DNA of 64,000 nt from a bacterium (GTDB lineage Bacteria > Desulfobacterota > DSWW01): assembly GCA_040756235.1 (NCBI GenBank), contig JBFLZG010000130.1, positions 32,001 to 96,000 of the forward strand, read 5' to 3'. Numbering within the stretch: the stretch's first letter is position 1; each line of letters starts with the position of its first letter. The position numbers were made by a program, and so were the translations under genes. The notes beneath the pieces were generated by a model, which did not search any database, had not been told where the DNA came from, and worked only from the letters and a program-made list of their open reading frames with translations. Shown one piece after another: positions 30,690-42,529 of this stretch.

Positions 30690-31336
30690 GTGCCGTACCC
30701 CACGATCGTCTCCCCGGCTTTGACGTGCTGGCCGACCCGGACAGCGGGCGTGGTTCCCTCAGGCAGGTAGATCTCGAGCCGGGAACCGAAGCGGATCAGG
30801 CCGAACCGTTCCCCTTTCACCAGAGCATCGCCTTCCCCGGGGTAGCAGACGATGCGGCGCGCCGCCACCCCCGCGATCTGAACCACACCGAGAACGAAGC
30901 CGGCTTCGGCCTCGAGCACCATCTCCATCCGCTCGTTCTCGCGCCCGGCTTCCGGTCGGCTCGCCACGTGAAAATGCCCCGGCTTGTAAGTCTTGCGGAG
31001 CACTTTCCCGCTGACCGGGGAGCGGTTCACGTGGACGTTCAAGGGGCTCATGAAAATGCCCACCTTCCAGCAGGGGCCGATCATCCCGGCAAGCCCGGCT
31101 TCCACTCGTTGCACTTCCAGAACCTTTCCGTCCGCAGGGCAGACGATGGCCTTCGCGTCCTCGGGGATGCGCCGGTGCGGGTTGCGGAAAAAGGCGCCCG
31201 CGGCAAAGGTCAGGATGAACAGGATCCAGGCCGGTCCGTGCAGATCCACGGCCGCGAAGAACAGGGCCAGGAAGCCCGTGAGGGCCACGAAAGGGTAACC
31301 CTCGCTGACCATCAACGGCTCGTCTCTGGCGCTCAT
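30686..31336 (-). CDS. psd: Phosphatidylserine decarboxylase (short type)
   Basis: [39 protein letters not shown] cleavage motif; ATGA overlap with ilvC. Confidence 0.95.
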   Translation of the reverse strand: MSARDEPLMVSEGYPFVALTGFLALFFAAVDLHGPAWILFILTFAAGAFFRNPHRRIPEDAKAIVCPADGKVLEVQRVEAGLAGMIGPCWKVGIFMSPLNVHVNRSPVSGKVLRKTYKPGHFHVASRPEAGRENERMEMVLEAEAGFVLGVVQIAGVAARRIVCYPGEGDALVKGERFGLIRFGSRLEIYLPEGTTPAVRVGQHVKAGETIVGYGT

Positions 31337-32352
31337 CCGGTCTTCGTCCTGTCCACTTTCTTCTGCCCTTCGATCCAGGGCATCATGCCCCTGAGCTTCT
31401 TGCCCACCTCTTCGATCGGGTGACCTTCCATGGCCCGGGTCAGAGCGTTGAAAACAGGTCTTCGTGCCTGGTTCTCCAGGATCCACTCCCTGGCAAAACG
31501 GCCGTTCTGCACGTCCTCCAGGATCCGGTCCATCTCGAGGCGGGCCTGCTCGCCCACCACCTTCCGGCCCCGGGTCAGCCCTCCGTATTGAGCGGTGTTG
31601 CTGACCGAGAAGTACATGTTGCCCAGGCCTCCTTCATAGATGAGGTCGACGATGAGCTTCAATTCATGGAGGCACTCGAAGTACGCCATCTCCGGCGCGT
31701 AGCCGGCCCGGACCAGCGTCTCGAAGCCGGCCGCGATCAGCTCGGACACGCCCCCGCACAGGACCGCCTGCTCTCCGAACAGGTCGGTCTCGGTCTCCTC
31801 CCGGAAGGTCGTCTCCAGGATGCCGGCCTTGCCGGCACCGAGGGCCGCCGCATAGGCGAGCGCCATGGCTCGGGCCTGGCCGGTGGAGTCCTGGTGAACC
31901 GCCACGAGCACGGGCACGCCCTTGCCCTGAGTGAATTCGTACCGCACCATGTGCCCCGGCGCCTTGGGGGCGACCATCCACACATCGGTCCCCTGAGGAG
32001 GCACGATCTGACCGTAATGGATGTTGAACCCGTGGGCGAAGACCAGGGAATTGCCCGGCACCAGCTCGGCCCGGATCTCGTCGTCATAGACTCCGGGCTG
32101 CAGCTCGTCGGGCACGAGGATCACGACGATGTCGGCCTCCCGAGCTGCCTCCGCGATCGGCTTTACCCGCAAGCCCGCCTTCTCGGCTTTCTCCCAGGAG
32201 GAGCCTTTCCGTCTCAGCCCGACCCGGACGTCCATGCCGCTCTCCGACAGGTTCAAAGCATGGGCATGGCCCTGGCTGCCGTAACCGACGACGGCGATCT
32301 TCTTCCCCTTCAGGACTCGAAGGTCCGCGTCCTTGTCGTAATAGACCTGCAT
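31333..32352 (-). CDS. ilvC: Ketol-acid reductoisomerase
   Basis: [43 protein letters not shown]. Confidence 0.98.
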   Translation of the reverse strand: MQVYYDKDADLRVLKGKKIAVVGYGSQGHAHALNLSESGMDVRVGLRRKGSSWEKAEKAGLRVKPIAEAAREADIVVILVPDELQPGVYDDEIRAELVPGNSLVFAHGFNIHYGQIVPPQGTDVWMVAPKAPGHMVRYEFTQGKGVPVLVAVHQDSTGQARAMALAYAAALGAGKAGILETTFREETETDLFGEQAVLCGGVSELIAAGFETLVRAGYAPEMAYFECLHELKLIVDLIYEGGLGNMYFSVSNTAQYGGLTRGRKVVGEQARLEMDRILEDVQNGRFAREWILENQARRPVFNALTRAMEGHPIEEVGKKLRGMMPWIEGQKKVDRTKTG

Positions 32353-32370
32353 GATCAAAGCTCCTTCATT

Positions 32371-32496
32371 TAGGTATCAGGTATCAGGTGTCGGCCCTGC
32401 TCCCTTACCCCCAGCCTGGCAAATGCGTTCGATCAGTCTGGCCTTGGGCGGGTCCGGCTCGGGCCCTGAAACCTGAGACCTGAAACCTGGCACCTG
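32371..32496. repeat. Inverted heptamer (CAGGTNN) array
   Basis: AGGTATC AGGTATC AGGTGTC ... CCTGAAA CCTGAGA CCTGAAA CCTGGCA CCTG. Confidence 0.7.
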
Positions 32497-32499
32497 TTC

Positions 32500-32976
32500 T
32501 CAATCTCCGCGCGGGATCGCCACCTTGCCCGTGCGCACGATCTCTCGAATGCCCATGGGCTTGAGCAGATCGATCATGGCCTGGATCTTGTCCTCGGCGC
32601 CGGTGACCTCGACGGTGAACGTTTTGGCGGTCACGTCGACGACTTTGCTGCGAAAGATGTCGACGATTCGCAGCACCTCGGCCCGGGTCCTTTCCTCTGC
32701 CGTCACCTTGATCAGGGTGAGCTCGCGATCGACGAAGCGCTTTCCCGTGAGATCCGAAACCTTGATGACGTCGATCAGCTTGCGGAGCTGTTTCAGGATC
32801 TGTTCGATGATCTGATCGTTCCCCTCGGTCACGATCGTCATCCGGGAGAGCTTCGGATCCAGCGTCGGCGCCACGGTGAGGCTCTCGATATTGAACCCCC
32901 TGGCGCTGAACAGGCCGGAGACTCGGGAGAGGACGCCGAATTCGTTCTTGACGAGCACGGAGATCGTGTGGCGCAC
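32500..32976 (-). CDS. ilvN: Acetolactate synthase small subunit
   Basis: [37 protein letters not shown]. Confidence 0.97.
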   Translation of the reverse strand: MRHTISVLVKNEFGVLSRVSGLFSARGFNIESLTVAPTLDPKLSRMTIVTEGNDQIIEQILKQLRKLIDVIKVSDLTGKRFVDRELTLIKVTAEERTRAEVLRIVDIFRSKVVDVTAKTFTVEVTGAEDKIQAMIDLLKPMGIREIVRTGKVAIPRGD

Positions 32977-32999
32977 CGACCTTGCCTCCCCTCGTTTTC

Positions 33000-34691
33000 C
33001 TATAACAGAATCATCTCTGTCAAGGGCGCGCCGGCAGGCACCATCGGATAGACTCCCTCCTCGCGCGCGATGCGGAAATCGATCAGCACCGTCCTGGGGG
33101 TGCGGATGGCCTGCTCGAGGACCGGCACGACTTGGTCGGCCTTCTCGGCCCTGAGACCGACGGCCCCGTACGCCTCGGCGAGCTTCACGAAATCGGGCTG
33201 CGCCGTCATCTCCGAGCAGGCGTAGCGCTTGCCGTAGAACAGCTCCTGCCACTGTCGCACCATTCCCAGGTAGCCGTTGTTGAGGATCGCGATCTTGACC
33301 GGCAGCCGGTACTGCACGGCCGTGGCCAGCTCCTGGATGTTCATCTGGATGCTGCCGTCCCCGGCGATGTCGAAGACCAGGCTTTCCGGCCGGGCGATCT
33401 GCACGCCGATGGCCGCCGGAAGGCCGTATCCCATGGTGCCGAGGCCTCCGGAGGTGAAAAGCGTCCGCGGCCGGCTGAACCGGTAGTACTGGACGGCCCA
33501 CATCTGGTTCTGCCCCACCTCGGTGGTGATGAGGGCTTCTCCCCGGGTCAGCTCGTAGATCTTCTCGACCACGTACTGAGGCTTGAGCCCCCCATCGGGA
33601 TCGTAGGCCAGGGCGCGTTCCCGCTTCCAGGTCTCGATCTGATCGAGCCACTCCTTTCTCTGCGGCTTCTTGAGAGCCCGGTATTTCGGTTTTCTCAGGA
33701 TCTGCAGGATCTGCTGCAGCACCCTTCTGGCGTCTCCCACGATCGGGACGTCGACCACCACGTTCTTGCTGATCGAGGTGGGGTCGATGTCGATGTGGAC
33801 GATCTTGGCCTGCTTGGCGAAGGCGTCGATGCGACCGGTGACGCGGTCATCGAAGCGGGCGCCGATCGCCATGACCACGTCCGCGCTCGAGATCGCGAGG
33901 TTGGCGCAGCAGGTCCCGTGCATGCCGAGCATTCCCAGGCTCAACGGGTGATCGCCGGGGAACGCGCCGAGCCCCATCAGGGTCATGGTCACGGGCACCC
34001 GGAAGCGTTCGGCCAGCCGCCTGACCTCCGGGGCGGCCCCGGAGAGGATCACGCCGCCGCCTACGTAGAGTACGGGGCGCCGGGCCTTGACGAGCAAGTC
34101 CAGGGCCCGCTCGATCTGTCCGGGGTGGCCCTCGGTGTTGGGCCTGTAACCGGGCAGATCGACCCTGCGGCTCGGGACGTAAGGGACCACGGCCGCGGTC
34201 ACGTCTTTCGGCAGGTCCACGACCACGGGCCCGGGCCGACCGGTGCGGGCGATGTGGAACGCCTCGCGGATGATCCGCGCCAGGTCGCCCGCGTCCTTCA
34301 CCAGGTAGTTGTGCTTGGTGCAGGACCGGGTGATCCCGAGTGTATCGGCTTCCTGGAACGCGTCGTTGCCGATGAGCATGGTGGGAACCTGGCCCGAGAA
34401 GACGATGACCGGAACGGAGTCCATGTAAGCGGTCGCCAGGCCGGTGACCGTGTTCGTGGCGCCCGGGCCGGACGTGACCAGGCAGACCCCGACCCTCCCG
34501 GTCGCCCGGGCGAAGCCGTCTGCGGCGTGCACCGCAGCCTGCTCGTGACGGACCAGGATGTGACGGATGTCGGAATGGTAGAGCGCATCATAGAGCTCGA
34601 GGACCGCCCCACCGGGAAAGCCGAAGATGGTCTCCACCCCTTCCTGTCTGAGGCAATCCACGAAGATCTGTGCGCCTGATAGCTTCTTCAA
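33000..34691 (-). CDS. ilvB: Acetolactate synthase large subunit
   Basis: [54 protein letters not shown]. Confidence 0.98.
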   Translation of the reverse strand: MKKLSGAQIFVDCLRQEGVETIFGFPGGAVLELYDALYHSDIRHILVRHEQAAVHAADGFARATGRVGVCLVTSGPGATNTVTGLATAYMDSVPVIVFSGQVPTMLIGNDAFQEADTLGITRSCTKHNYLVKDAGDLARIIREAFHIARTGRPGPVVVDLPKDVTAAVVPYVPSRRVDLPGYRPNTEGHPGQIERALDLLVKARRPVLYVGGGVILSGAAPEVRRLAERFRVPVTMTLMGLGAFPGDHPLSLGMLGMHGTCCANLAISSADVVMAIGARFDDRVTGRIDAFAKQAKIVHIDIDPTSISKNVVVDVPIVGDARRVLQQILQILRKPKYRALKKPQRKEWLDQIETWKRERALAYDPDGGLKPQYVVEKIYELTRGEALITTEVGQNQMWAVQYYRFSRPRTLFTSGGLGTMGYGLPAAIGVQIARPESLVFDIAGDGSIQMNIQELATAVQYRLPVKIAILNNGYLGMVRQWQELFYGKRYACSEMTAQPDFVKLAEAYGAVGLRAEKADQVVPVLEQAIRTPRTVLIDFRIAREEGVYPMVPAGAPLTEMILL

Positions 34692-34706
34692 CTCACGCTC
34701 ACCTTT

Positions 34707-36356
34707 TCATTTGAGGACGGCGCCGGTCGCGGCCGAGGTCACCAGCCGCGCATAGCGGGCCAGGTACCCCCTGGAGGCCTTCGGTGCCGGGGCTTTCCAC
34801 CGGCCCTTTCTCCTGGAAAGCTCGTTCTCCTCGACTTCGAGCTGCAGCCGTCGGTCGGGAAGGTCCAGGCGGATGCGGTCTCCGTCCTCAACCCACGCCA
34901 GAGGCCCGCCTTCCGCCGCCTCGGGCGAGACGTGGCCGATGCACGGCCCTCGAGTGCCCCCCGAGAACCTTCCGTCCGTGACCAGGGCGACCCGGTCCAG
35001 ACCCATGCCGACGATCGCCGAAGTCGGGGCCAGCATCTCCCGCATGCCGGGGCCGCCCCGGGGGCCTTCGTAACGGATGACCACGAAATCGCCGTTTCGA
35101 ATCTCGCCCGAGAGGATCGCGCGCTGCGCCGCCTCCTCGCAGTCGAAGACGCGCGCCTTGCCTTCGAAGCGCGTCATCTCCGGCGCGACGCCCGACTGCT
35201 TCACGACCGCTCCCTGAGGGGCCAGGTTCCCCGTGAGGATCGCTATGCCGCCCTCCCGGTGCACGGGGTTGTCGATCGTGCGCAGGACCTCTTCACCGAA
35301 CGGCCGGCCGGAATCACGGATCTCCAGGATCGACCCTCCGCTCACGTGGAGGCTTTCCCGGATGCGTTCCCCCAGTCGCTGAAGGACGGCAGGCACGCCC
35401 CCGGCGTTGTGCAGGTCCTCCAGAAAATAGGTTCCGGCGGGACGAAGGTCGGCCAGGTGCGGCGTGGTGCGGCTCAGCCGGTCGAAACACTCCGGCGACA
35501 GATCGACCCCGGCTTCGTGGGCCAGGGCGCACAAGTGGAGCACGGTGTTCGTGGACCCGCCCAGGGCCATGTCCACCGAAATCGCGTTGTCGAAGGCAGC
35601 CTCGGTCAGGATCTTCCGGGGAGCCCTTCCTGCCCGGATCGCCTCCACCGCGACCCGGCCGCTTTCGAAGGCCAGGCGCCTCTTCTCGGCCGACACCGCC
35701 GGAGCGGTCCCGCACCCCGGCAGCGAGAGGCCCAGCACCTCGGTCAGGCAGTTCATGGTGTTGGCGGTGTAGAGGCCCTGGCACGAGCCGGGACCGGGGC
35801 AGGCGCAGATCTCGAGGCAGTCGAGCTCCTCTCGGGAGATCTCTCCCTTCTTCCTCTTCCCGACCGCCTCGAACGTGTCACGCACCAGGGAGAGCCTCTT
35901 TCCCTGGTGAAAACCGGCGAGCATCGGCCCCGCGGTCACGAGGACCGCAGGAATGTCCAGCCGCGCGGCAGCCATGAGCATGCCCGGCGTGATCTTGTCG
36001 CAGCTCGTGAGCAGGACGAGCCCGTCCAGGGCGTGGGCCTCGGCGATCGACTCCACCATGTCCGCCACCAGCTCGCGGAAGGGCAGGGAATAGCGCATGC
36101 CGGCGTGTCCCATGGCGATGCCGTCGCACAGCGCGCCCACGTGAAAGACGAAGGGATAGCCCCCGGCCGCATGCACGCCCTTCTCCACGAATCGGGCCAG
36201 CTCCGACAGGTTCAGATGGCCCGGCACGAGGTCGGAAGAGGAGTCGGCAATTCCGACAAAGGGCTTGCCCATCTCGCCCCTGGGCAATCCGGTCGCGTGG
36301 AGCAGCGCCCTGGCGGGCGCGCGCTCGATCCCCTCTTTCACTCTGTCGCTGCGCAT
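34707..36356 (-). CDS. ilvD: Dihydroxy-acid dehydratase
   Basis: [48 protein letters not shown]. Confidence 0.97.
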   Translation of the reverse strand: MRSDRVKEGIERAPARALLHATGLPRGEMGKPFVGIADSSSDLVPGHLNLSELARFVEKGVHAAGGYPFVFHVGALCDGIAMGHAGMRYSLPFRELVADMVESIAEAHALDGLVLLTSCDKITPGMLMAAARLDIPAVLVTAGPMLAGFHQGKRLSLVRDTFEAVGKRKKGEISREELDCLEICACPGPGSCQGLYTANTMNCLTEVLGLSLPGCGTAPAVSAEKRRLAFESGRVAVEAIRAGRAPRKILTEAAFDNAISVDMALGGSTNTVLHLCALAHEAGVDLSPECFDRLSRTTPHLADLRPAGTYFLEDLHNAGGVPAVLQRLGERIRESLHVSGGSILEIRDSGRPFGEEVLRTIDNPVHREGGIAILTGNLAPQGAVVKQSGVAPEMTRFEGKARVFDCEEAAQRAILSGEIRNGDFVVIRYEGPRGGPGMREMLAPTSAIVGMGLDRVALVTDGRFSGGTRGPCIGHVSPEAAEGGPLAWVEDGDRIRLDLPDRRLQLEVEENELSRRKGRWKAPAPKASRGYLARYARLVTSAATGAVLK

Positions 36357-36503
36357 GCACGTGCACCTCGTGGGCGTCCATCCCCTCCGGTTCCCTGCTG
36401 AAGTGCCTTCAGGAACGATGCCCTGCTTCTTCGTGCCAGGGCCTTTGGGAGGATTCCGAGGCCGAAGGTTGGGAGGCTGAAAATTCTACTACGGAAGGTC
36501 ATT

Positions 36504-36532
36504 ATTGTGGGTAATATCAAGAAAGCTGTCAA
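36504..36532 (-). promoter_or_regulatory. Putative sigma70 promoter of the ilv-leu operon
   Basis: TTGACA-N17-CACAAT overlapping the tsaB stop, AT-rich. Confidence 0.45.
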
Positions 36533-37221
36533 TGGCAGGGGGAGCGCTTCAGCTCGGCATCGGAAGGCCTGACATACAGGGCGCGGATCTCTCCGGGAGG
36601 GGAGCCGCCCTCCTTTTCGTACTTCTGCCGCGCCAGCCTGCACAGGGCGGACGCCCTCGGATAGTGGGACTCGAGCGGGGCGAACAGAACAGGATGCGGG
36701 GCTCGCGACCGGATACGGTCGCGGTAGAGCAGGGCGCCGTCCCCGATGAGCAGGGTAGGCTCGATCAGTCTCTCTGCGAGCGCCTCGGGAGTGAGACAGA
36801 GGTAATCGCTGATACGTCGAGAGCCGCCCGGTGCGTCACTCCGATAGAATGCGGCAAAGACCTGCCCCTTGCGGGCGTCCAGGGCGGGGCAGACGAGGAG
36901 CGTCGAGCCCGGGACGTTCTCGGCAAGCAGATCCAGGGTCGGTACGCCCACCATCGGCCTGGAGGCAGCCATGGCCAGCGCCTTGGCCGTGGCCAGCCCG
37001 ATGCGCAGACCCGTGAAGGAACCGGGTCCGGTGGCGGCAGCCACGACGTCGACCTGCCGGATCTCGACCTCTGCAGACTCCAGGAGACGGGCAAGCCCCG
37101 GCAGCAGCCGTTCGGAGTGGGACTTCGGCTGGTTCAGGCTCCACTCGGCGAGCACTCTGTCCTCTTCCACCAGAGCGACGCTGCCGCAGGACGTGCTCGT
37201 GTCGATCCCGAGGAAGATCAT
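36529..37221 (-). CDS. tsaB: tRNA threonylcarbamoyladenosine biosynthesis protein TsaB
   Basis: LGIDTST, HSERLLP, GPGSFTGLRIG, DARKGQVF, LYVRPSDAE. Confidence 0.96.
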   Translation of the reverse strand: MIFLGIDTSTSCGSVALVEEDRVLAEWSLNQPKSHSERLLPGLARLLESAEVEIRQVDVVAAATGPGSFTGLRIGLATAKALAMAASRPMVGVPTLDLLAENVPGSTLLVCPALDARKGQVFAAFYRSDAPGGSRRISDYLCLTPEALAERLIEPTLLIGDGALLYRDRIRSRAPHPVLFAPLESHYPRASALCRLARQKYEKEGGSPPGEIRALYVRPSDAELKRSPCH

Positions 37222-37246
37222 GGGGTCCCGTTTTCGGAAGCATCCG

Positions 37247-38557
37247 TCATCTGAAGAACTGTTCCAGGTGCAGCACCCGCAAGACATCGTTGTAGGAGAC
37301 GACCAGGATGAAGATGAGCAGAACGACGAAACCCACCTGCTGGGCGGCTTCCCGGATCTTGATGTTGACGGGCCGTCTCAGCACGGCCTCCAGGGTCAGG
37401 AAGGCCACGTGGCCGCCGTCCAGGACCGGGATGGGCAGAAGGTTCAGGATGCCGAGCTGAAGGCTCAGAAACGCGACGAAGCTGATCAGGCTGGAAAGCC
37501 CGATGCGGGCCGCGTCCCCGGTCATCTTCGCGATGAGAATGGGCCCGCCGAGGGTCTTGATCGAAAGGCCGCCCGTGAACAGCTTCCCCAGAACGTAGAA
37601 AGTGAGCAGAAAGGACTGGTAGACATCCGCGAATCCGCTCTGTACGGCCCTCCAGAGGCCGTAGCGTTTGAACACAGTGTCTTCCTGCTGGGCAATGCCC
37701 AACACCCCTGTCTGGCTGTCCGGCTCGCGCATGGGCGTCAGACTCATGGTGAGGGTCTCCTGCCCCCTCTGAAACGAGAGGAGCAGGGGCTCTTCCGGGT
37801 GGGCCCGAATGATGCCGGCCATCTGCACCCAGTGGACGACCGGCTCCCCATTGATGGAGAGAACGCGGTCCCCCTGCTGCAGACCGGCCTTCTCGGCCGG
37901 CGTGCCGGGGCTGACCGAGCCGATGACGGGAGGCATATCGGCCATGAGGCCCGAGTAACCCCCGCTCGAACCCGCGGACTCCGGCGTGACTTGGAGCTCC
38001 CGGGGCGTATCGTCGCGCAGGACCGAGACGGAAAGGGCGCGATCGGGGTTGGAGGCAAACAGGATCTTCGCCTGTTCCCAGGTGCGTACCGGCTCTCCCT
38101 GGATCGCCTCGACCAGGTCGCCTCGCTGGAATCCGGCCCGGGCGGCCGGCGAGCCTTCCTCGACCCAGCCCACGCGGGGAGGCTCCTCCAGGTAAGCGGG
38201 CTGGCGAATGCCGATGAGGTAAACCAGCGGCATGAGCAGAAAGGGAAGCGCGAGATTCATCAGAGGGCCGGCTATGACGATCTTCAGGCGGCTGAGCACC
38301 GTCTTCCTGGCGAAGGAGCCCTCGTGCGCGGCGGCCTCTTCCACCGGGTCCTCTCCGGTCATCTTCACGTAGCCTCCCAGAGGCACGGCCGAAATGCGGT
38401 AGTCGGTATCCCCTCTTTTCCATCCCGCCAGCCTCGGTCCGAACCCCAGGGAGAACACCTCCACCCGGACTCCCGAACGCTTGGCCATGATGAAGTGGCC
38501 GAATTCGTGAACGAAAACCAGGAGCCCCAGGACGAGGATAAAAACCACAAGGGTCAT
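37247..38557 (-). CDS. rseP: RIP metalloprotease RseP
   Basis: HEFGH, PLGGYVKM, two PDZ domains, NLLPIPVLDGGH. Confidence 0.96.
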   Translation of the reverse strand: MTLVVFILVLGLLVFVHEFGHFIMAKRSGVRVEVFSLGFGPRLAGWKRGDTDYRISAVPLGGYVKMTGEDPVEEAAAHEGSFARKTVLSRLKIVIAGPLMNLALPFLLMPLVYLIGIRQPAYLEEPPRVGWVEEGSPAARAGFQRGDLVEAIQGEPVRTWEQAKILFASNPDRALSVSVLRDDTPRELQVTPESAGSSGGYSGLMADMPPVIGSVSPGTPAEKAGLQQGDRVLSINGEPVVHWVQMAGIIRAHPEEPLLLSFQRGQETLTMSLTPMREPDSQTGVLGIAQQEDTVFKRYGLWRAVQSGFADVYQSFLLTFYVLGKLFTGGLSIKTLGGPILIAKMTGDAARIGLSSLISFVAFLSLQLGILNLLPIPVLDGGHVAFLTLEAVLRRPVNIKIREAAQQVGFVVLLIFILVVSYNDVLRVLHLEQFFR

Positions 38558-38651
38558 TTGTTGTTCCTCTCTTTAATGTTCCGCATCCTACGAAAAAATC
38601 CGTGCGCTGCCGACACGGGCTGGTAGCTCGTCCAGCGCCTTGTCATTGCCT

Positions 38652-39500
38652 TCAGGTCGCCTGCAATACAAGGGCCAAGTAGTACCCGACCGGGGCAGCC
38701 AGGAGAAGGCTGTCCAGGCGGTCCAGGATCCCGCCGTGGCCTGGCAGCAGGCTGCCGGAATCCTTTACCCCACAGCTTCTCTTGATTAGAGATTCGACCA
38801 GATCCCCGAGTTGCCCGGTCACGGCGATCGCCAGGGAGAAGAGGATCGTCTCGCCCACGGATATTTGCATGGAGAACAGATACTTGCAAAGGAGCATGGC
38901 GATTACGGAGCCCAGCACGCCGCCGGCCGCGCCTTCCACGGTCTTCTTGGGGCTCAGGCGCGGCGAGAGCCGGGTCCTGCCCACGGAGGAGCCCACGAGG
39001 TAAGCGACCCCGTCTCCGAGGTACGTGACGGCCAGAATGGAAAAGATCCAGGGTTTCCAGCTCACCAGGTCCCGCAGCAGGATGAAGTGCGACATGCACA
39101 GGCCGATGTAGAGCACGCCGAAGAAGGAGCCCATGAGACCCTCGAAACGGGCCTTCAGGTCGTCTCCGCCGTGGAGGGACCGTACCGACAGGAGCAGGAC
39201 AGGGAGGAACAGGGACCCGACCATACAGGTGGGCCGCCCCGTGTAGAATGCGATCGGCACCAGGGAGGTCAGAAGCATGGCGAGCAGGCGATCCCACCGG
39301 TTCTGCCCGGCTGCGGTCAGCATCGAGTATTCCCACGAGGCGGCCAGAACGATCAGGACGACGACGCCGCAGATGACGGCCGGGGGGGACTGGAGGATGA
39401 GGAAGACGAAAAGCGCGATCAGCACCCCTGCCGTCAGGAGGCGCTTGCGGAGCACGGAACGTGCGGAGCCGGATTGGGTGGAGGGGGCGGGTTGACTCAC
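38652..39500 (-). CDS. cdsA: Phosphatidate cytidylyltransferase
   Basis: [41 protein letters not shown] overlaps the frr stop (alternative start 39455). Confidence 0.94.
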   Translation of the reverse strand: MSQPAPSTQSGSARSVLRKRLLTAGVLIALFVFLILQSPPAVICGVVVLIVLAASWEYSMLTAAGQNRWDRLLAMLLTSLVPIAFYTGRPTCMVGSLFLPVLLLSVRSLHGGDDLKARFEGLMGSFFGVLYIGLCMSHFILLRDLVSWKPWIFSILAVTYLGDGVAYLVGSSVGRTRLSPRLSPKKTVEGAAGGVLGSVIAMLLCKYLFSMQISVGETILFSLAIAVTGQLGDLVESLIKRSCGVKDSGSLLPGHGGILDRLDSLLLAAPVGYYLALVLQAT

Positions 39501-40054
39501 TTCTCGAGGATTTCCTTCTGCTTGGCCTCGAGGATCTGGTCGATGTGCTCGATCTGCCCGTCCGTGATCTTCTGCACCTCGTCTGCGGCTCGGTGGAGGT
39601 CGTCTTCGCTGAGCTTCTTGTCTTTTTCCAGCTTCTTGAGCGAGTCGTTCGCCTCCCGCCGGACGTTGCGGATCGTCACCTTGCATTCTTCGGCCATCTT
39701 CTTGACGACCTTGACCAATTCCTTGCGGCGATCTTCCGTGAGCGGCGGGATGGCAATGCGGATGACTTTGCCGTCATTGGAGGGCGACAGCCCCAGGTTG
39801 GCCTTCTGGATCGCCTTCTCGATGGCTTCGATGGTGTTCTTGTCCCAGGGCTGGATGGTGATCAGCCGGCTCTCCGGGATGGCGATGGATGCGGTCTGCT
39901 GGATCGGGGTGGGCGTTCCGTAGTAGTCGACGCGTATGCCCTCGAGCAGAGCCGGCGAGGCGCGACCGGTGCGCAGCCGGTTGAGCTCCTTCTGGTAGGC
40001 AAGGATGCCTTTTTCCATCTTGGCCTTCATGGCCTGCAGCACTTCATCTTTCAT
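39497..40054 (-). CDS. frr: Ribosome recycling factor
   Basis: [33 protein letters not shown]. Confidence 0.98.
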   Translation of the reverse strand: MKDEVLQAMKAKMEKGILAYQKELNRLRTGRASPALLEGIRVDYYGTPTPIQQTASIAIPESRLITIQPWDKNTIEAIEKAIQKANLGLSPSNDGKVIRIAIPPLTEDRRKELVKVVKKMAEECKVTIRNVRREANDSLKKLEKDKKLSEDDLHRAADEVQKITDGQIEHIDQILEAKQKEILEK

Positions 40055-40785
40055 CGAGATTCCTCCTCCCGAGAGGTCACGGTGGAGCCGATCGGTTCTC
40101 CCATGACAACGCCCCGAATGTTGCCTTTCTTGCGGACGTTGAACACGATCACCGGGAGCTGATTGTCCATGCAGAGCGAGACGGCCGCCGCGTCCATCAC
40201 CTTGAGCCCCTTCTTCAGCACGTCCAGGTAGGAAAGCCTGGGGTACAGCGTAGCCGAAGGATCCAGGACGGGATCCGCGCTGTAGACGCCGTCCACCTTG
40301 GTGCCCTTGAGGATGACTTGGGCGCGGATCTCCGCGGCCCTGAGCACGGCCGCGGTGTCGGTCGTGAAGAAGGGGTTGCCGGTGCCGCCTGCGAGCAGGA
40401 TCACGCGGCCTTTCTCGAGGTGCCGGATCGCCCTGCGGCGGATGTACGGCTCCGCGATCTGCCTCATCTCCAGCGCGGTCATCACGCGGGTTGCGACCCC
40501 GAGCTTCTCCAGCCCGTCCTGGAGGGCCAGGGCGTTCATGACCGTCGCCAGCATGCCGATGTAATCCGCGGTGGCGCGGTCCATTCCCCGGGTGCTGGCA
40601 GCCAGCCCCCGAAAAATATTGCCGCCCCCCACCACGAGAGCCACTTGTACGCCCAGCTCCCAGACGGCCCGGACCTCTTCCGCCATCTCCAGAATGGCCT
40701 CAGGGTCCGTGCCGTAGGGCCGCTGGCCGGCAAGCACCTCTCCGCTCAGCTTCAGTAGAATCCGCGAATATGCAGCCTGCTGCAT
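40051..40785 (-). CDS. pyrH: Uridylate kinase
   Basis: [31 protein letters not shown]. Confidence 0.98.
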   Translation of the reverse strand: MQQAAYSRILLKLSGEVLAGQRPYGTDPEAILEMAEEVRAVWELGVQVALVVGGGNIFRGLAASTRGMDRATADYIGMLATVMNALALQDGLEKLGVATRVMTALEMRQIAEPYIRRRAIRHLEKGRVILLAGGTGNPFFTTDTAAVLRAAEIRAQVILKGTKVDGVYSADPVLDPSATLYPRLSYLDVLKKGLKVMDAAAVSLCMDNQLPVIVFNVRKKGNIRGVVMGEPIGSTVTSREEESR

Positions 40786-40850
40786 GAAGCTCCTCGCCTG
40801 CCTGCCGGCGCCTCGGGCAACGCCTGAACGAGGCTCGGAAGGCCGTCCGA

Positions 40851-41450
40851 TCAGAGCTCCTCGCCCAGTTGGAAGCGCACGAACCTGCGGACCTGGACGT
40901 TTTCCCCGAGAATGGCGATCACGGACTCGACCAGCTGACGGACGGTCATCTGGGGGTCCTTCACGTAAGGCTGGTCGAACAGGCAGTTGTCGGTGATGAA
41001 CTTCTTGAACCTTCCCTCGACCATCTTCTCGATGACCGCGTCCGGCTTGCCGCTCTCCCGGGCCTGGGCGCGCAGGATCTCCTTCTCCTTTTCGGCCACT
41101 TCAGGCGGGATCTCATCGGCGTTCAGAAAACGAGGGCTCGAGGCCGCCACCTGCATCGAGAGATTCCTGCAAAGCTCCTTGAACTGGTCCGTCCGCGCGA
41201 CGAAGTCGGTCTCACAGTTGACCTCTACCAGAACCCCGATCTTGCTGTTGCTGTGGATGTAGGAGCCGATCAAACCTTCGGAAGTGGCTCGGCCCGCCCG
41301 CTTCTTGGCATCCGCGAGGCCCTTTTTCCTGAGGTGTTCCACGGCTTCCTGCAGACTTCCCCGGGTGGCGGCGAGGGCCTCTTTGCAGTCCAGGATGCCG
41401 GCTCCGGTCTTCTCGCGCAGTTCCTTCACAAGCGCGGCTGATATCTCCAT
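40851..41450 (-). CDS. tsf: Elongation factor Ts (short form)
   Basis: [34 protein letters not shown]; 199 aa. Confidence 0.97.
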   Translation of the reverse strand: MEISAALVKELREKTGAGILDCKEALAATRGSLQEAVEHLRKKGLADAKKRAGRATSEGLIGSYIHSNSKIGVLVEVNCETDFVARTDQFKELCRNLSMQVAASSPRFLNADEIPPEVAEKEKEILRAQARESGKPDAVIEKMVEGRFKKFITDNCLFDQPYVKDPQMTVRQLVESVIAILGENVQVRRFVRFQLGEEL

Positions 41451-41508
41451 GGTTCGATCTCCCTATGAGGTGTCTCCGTTCGGTTGTAGTGATCTCGTCA
41501 GGGGGGGC

Positions 41509-42330
41509 TCATTCGGTGGGGAGGGACTCTCTGTCGACCGGCTCTTCTTCCGGAAGGTCTCTCTTGTGGATGACTTCCACCGTCCTCTCCACCCCCTTGC
41601 CGGCGATAACCTTCTTGACCGGTTCTTCTGCGCGGGCGGATTTCTCGAACAACTGAGCGCCTTCCAGAATCGCGTCCGCCATGCGGCTGGCGAACAGACG
41701 GATCGCACGAATGGCGTCGTCGTTGGAGGGGATGACGTGGATGACGTCGTCGGGATCGCTGTTGGTGTCCACCAGGGCCACGCTGGGCACGCCCAGGATC
41801 TTGGCCTCCCGGAGAGCGATCCGCTCCCGCTTGGCGTCGATGACGAACATGGCGCCCGGAACGCGGTCCATCTCCTTGATTCCCCCGAGGGACCGTTCCA
41901 GCTTGACTCTCTCCTTTTCGAGTTGGAGAGCTTCCTTCTTGGGCAGAGCTTCGTAATAGCCGCGGTCCTTCATCGCCTCGAAGCGCTTCAGGCGCTCGAC
42001 GCTCTGCTTGATGGTTTTGAAATTCGTCAGGGTTCCTCCGAGCCAGCGGTAGTTCACGAAGAACTGTCCGCAACGGTTCGCCTCCTCACGCACGATGTCC
42101 TGGGCTTGCCGTTTGGTGCCGACGAAGAGCACGGATCGCCCCGAGGCCCGCACGTTGCGGAGGAACTCATAAGCGGTGTTGAACAGCTTGAGCGTCTCCT
42201 GAAGGTTGATGATGTAAATGCCGTTGCGGGCCCCGTAGATGTAGGGCTTCATCTTCGGGTTCCAGCGCCGGGTCTGGTGGCCGAAGTGAGCGCCGGCCTC
42301 CAGAAGCTCTTTCATTGTCATGTAGCCCAT
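41509..42330 (-). CDS. rpsB: 30S ribosomal protein S2
   Basis: [41 protein letters not shown]. Confidence 0.98.
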   Translation of the reverse strand: MGYMTMKELLEAGAHFGHQTRRWNPKMKPYIYGARNGIYIINLQETLKLFNTAYEFLRNVRASGRSVLFVGTKRQAQDIVREEANRCGQFFVNYRWLGGTLTNFKTIKQSVERLKRFEAMKDRGYYEALPKKEALQLEKERVKLERSLGGIKEMDRVPGAMFVIDAKRERIALREAKILGVPSVALVDTNSDPDDVIHVIPSNDDAIRAIRLFASRMADAILEGAQLFEKSARAEEPVKKVIAGKGVERTVEVIHKRDLPEEEPVDRESLPTE

Positions 42331-42339
42331 GAGCACTCC

Positions 42340-42440
42340 TTTCATCGATCGTTTGTTCTTCCTCCTCCCTTCGTCTCCCTTCGGGACGCCGTACGACACG
42401 TGCGCAACACCCTCGGGATCCGGGAGGAGTGCTTCATTCC
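42340..42440 (-). promoter_or_regulatory. Probable rpsB leader structure
   Basis: Minus strand CACUCCUCCC..GGGUGUUGC..GGGAGGAGG complementary arms upstream of rpsB. Confidence 0.45.
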
Positions 42441-42529
42441 AAACCCATAATAGATACCATGTAGAACGGAAAAGCGCAACGGGAGCGCGAAAGTTCAGCC
42501 AGCGCCGGCACGCGCAACCCCTCCGTCCT

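Noticed and set aside
29871..31336. psd-pssA inside the ilv-leu operon
   Set aside because: As I recall, this order is common in deltaproteobacteria
40851..41450. Short EF-Ts as a truncation
   Set aside because: The roughly 200-aa form is a known normal variant
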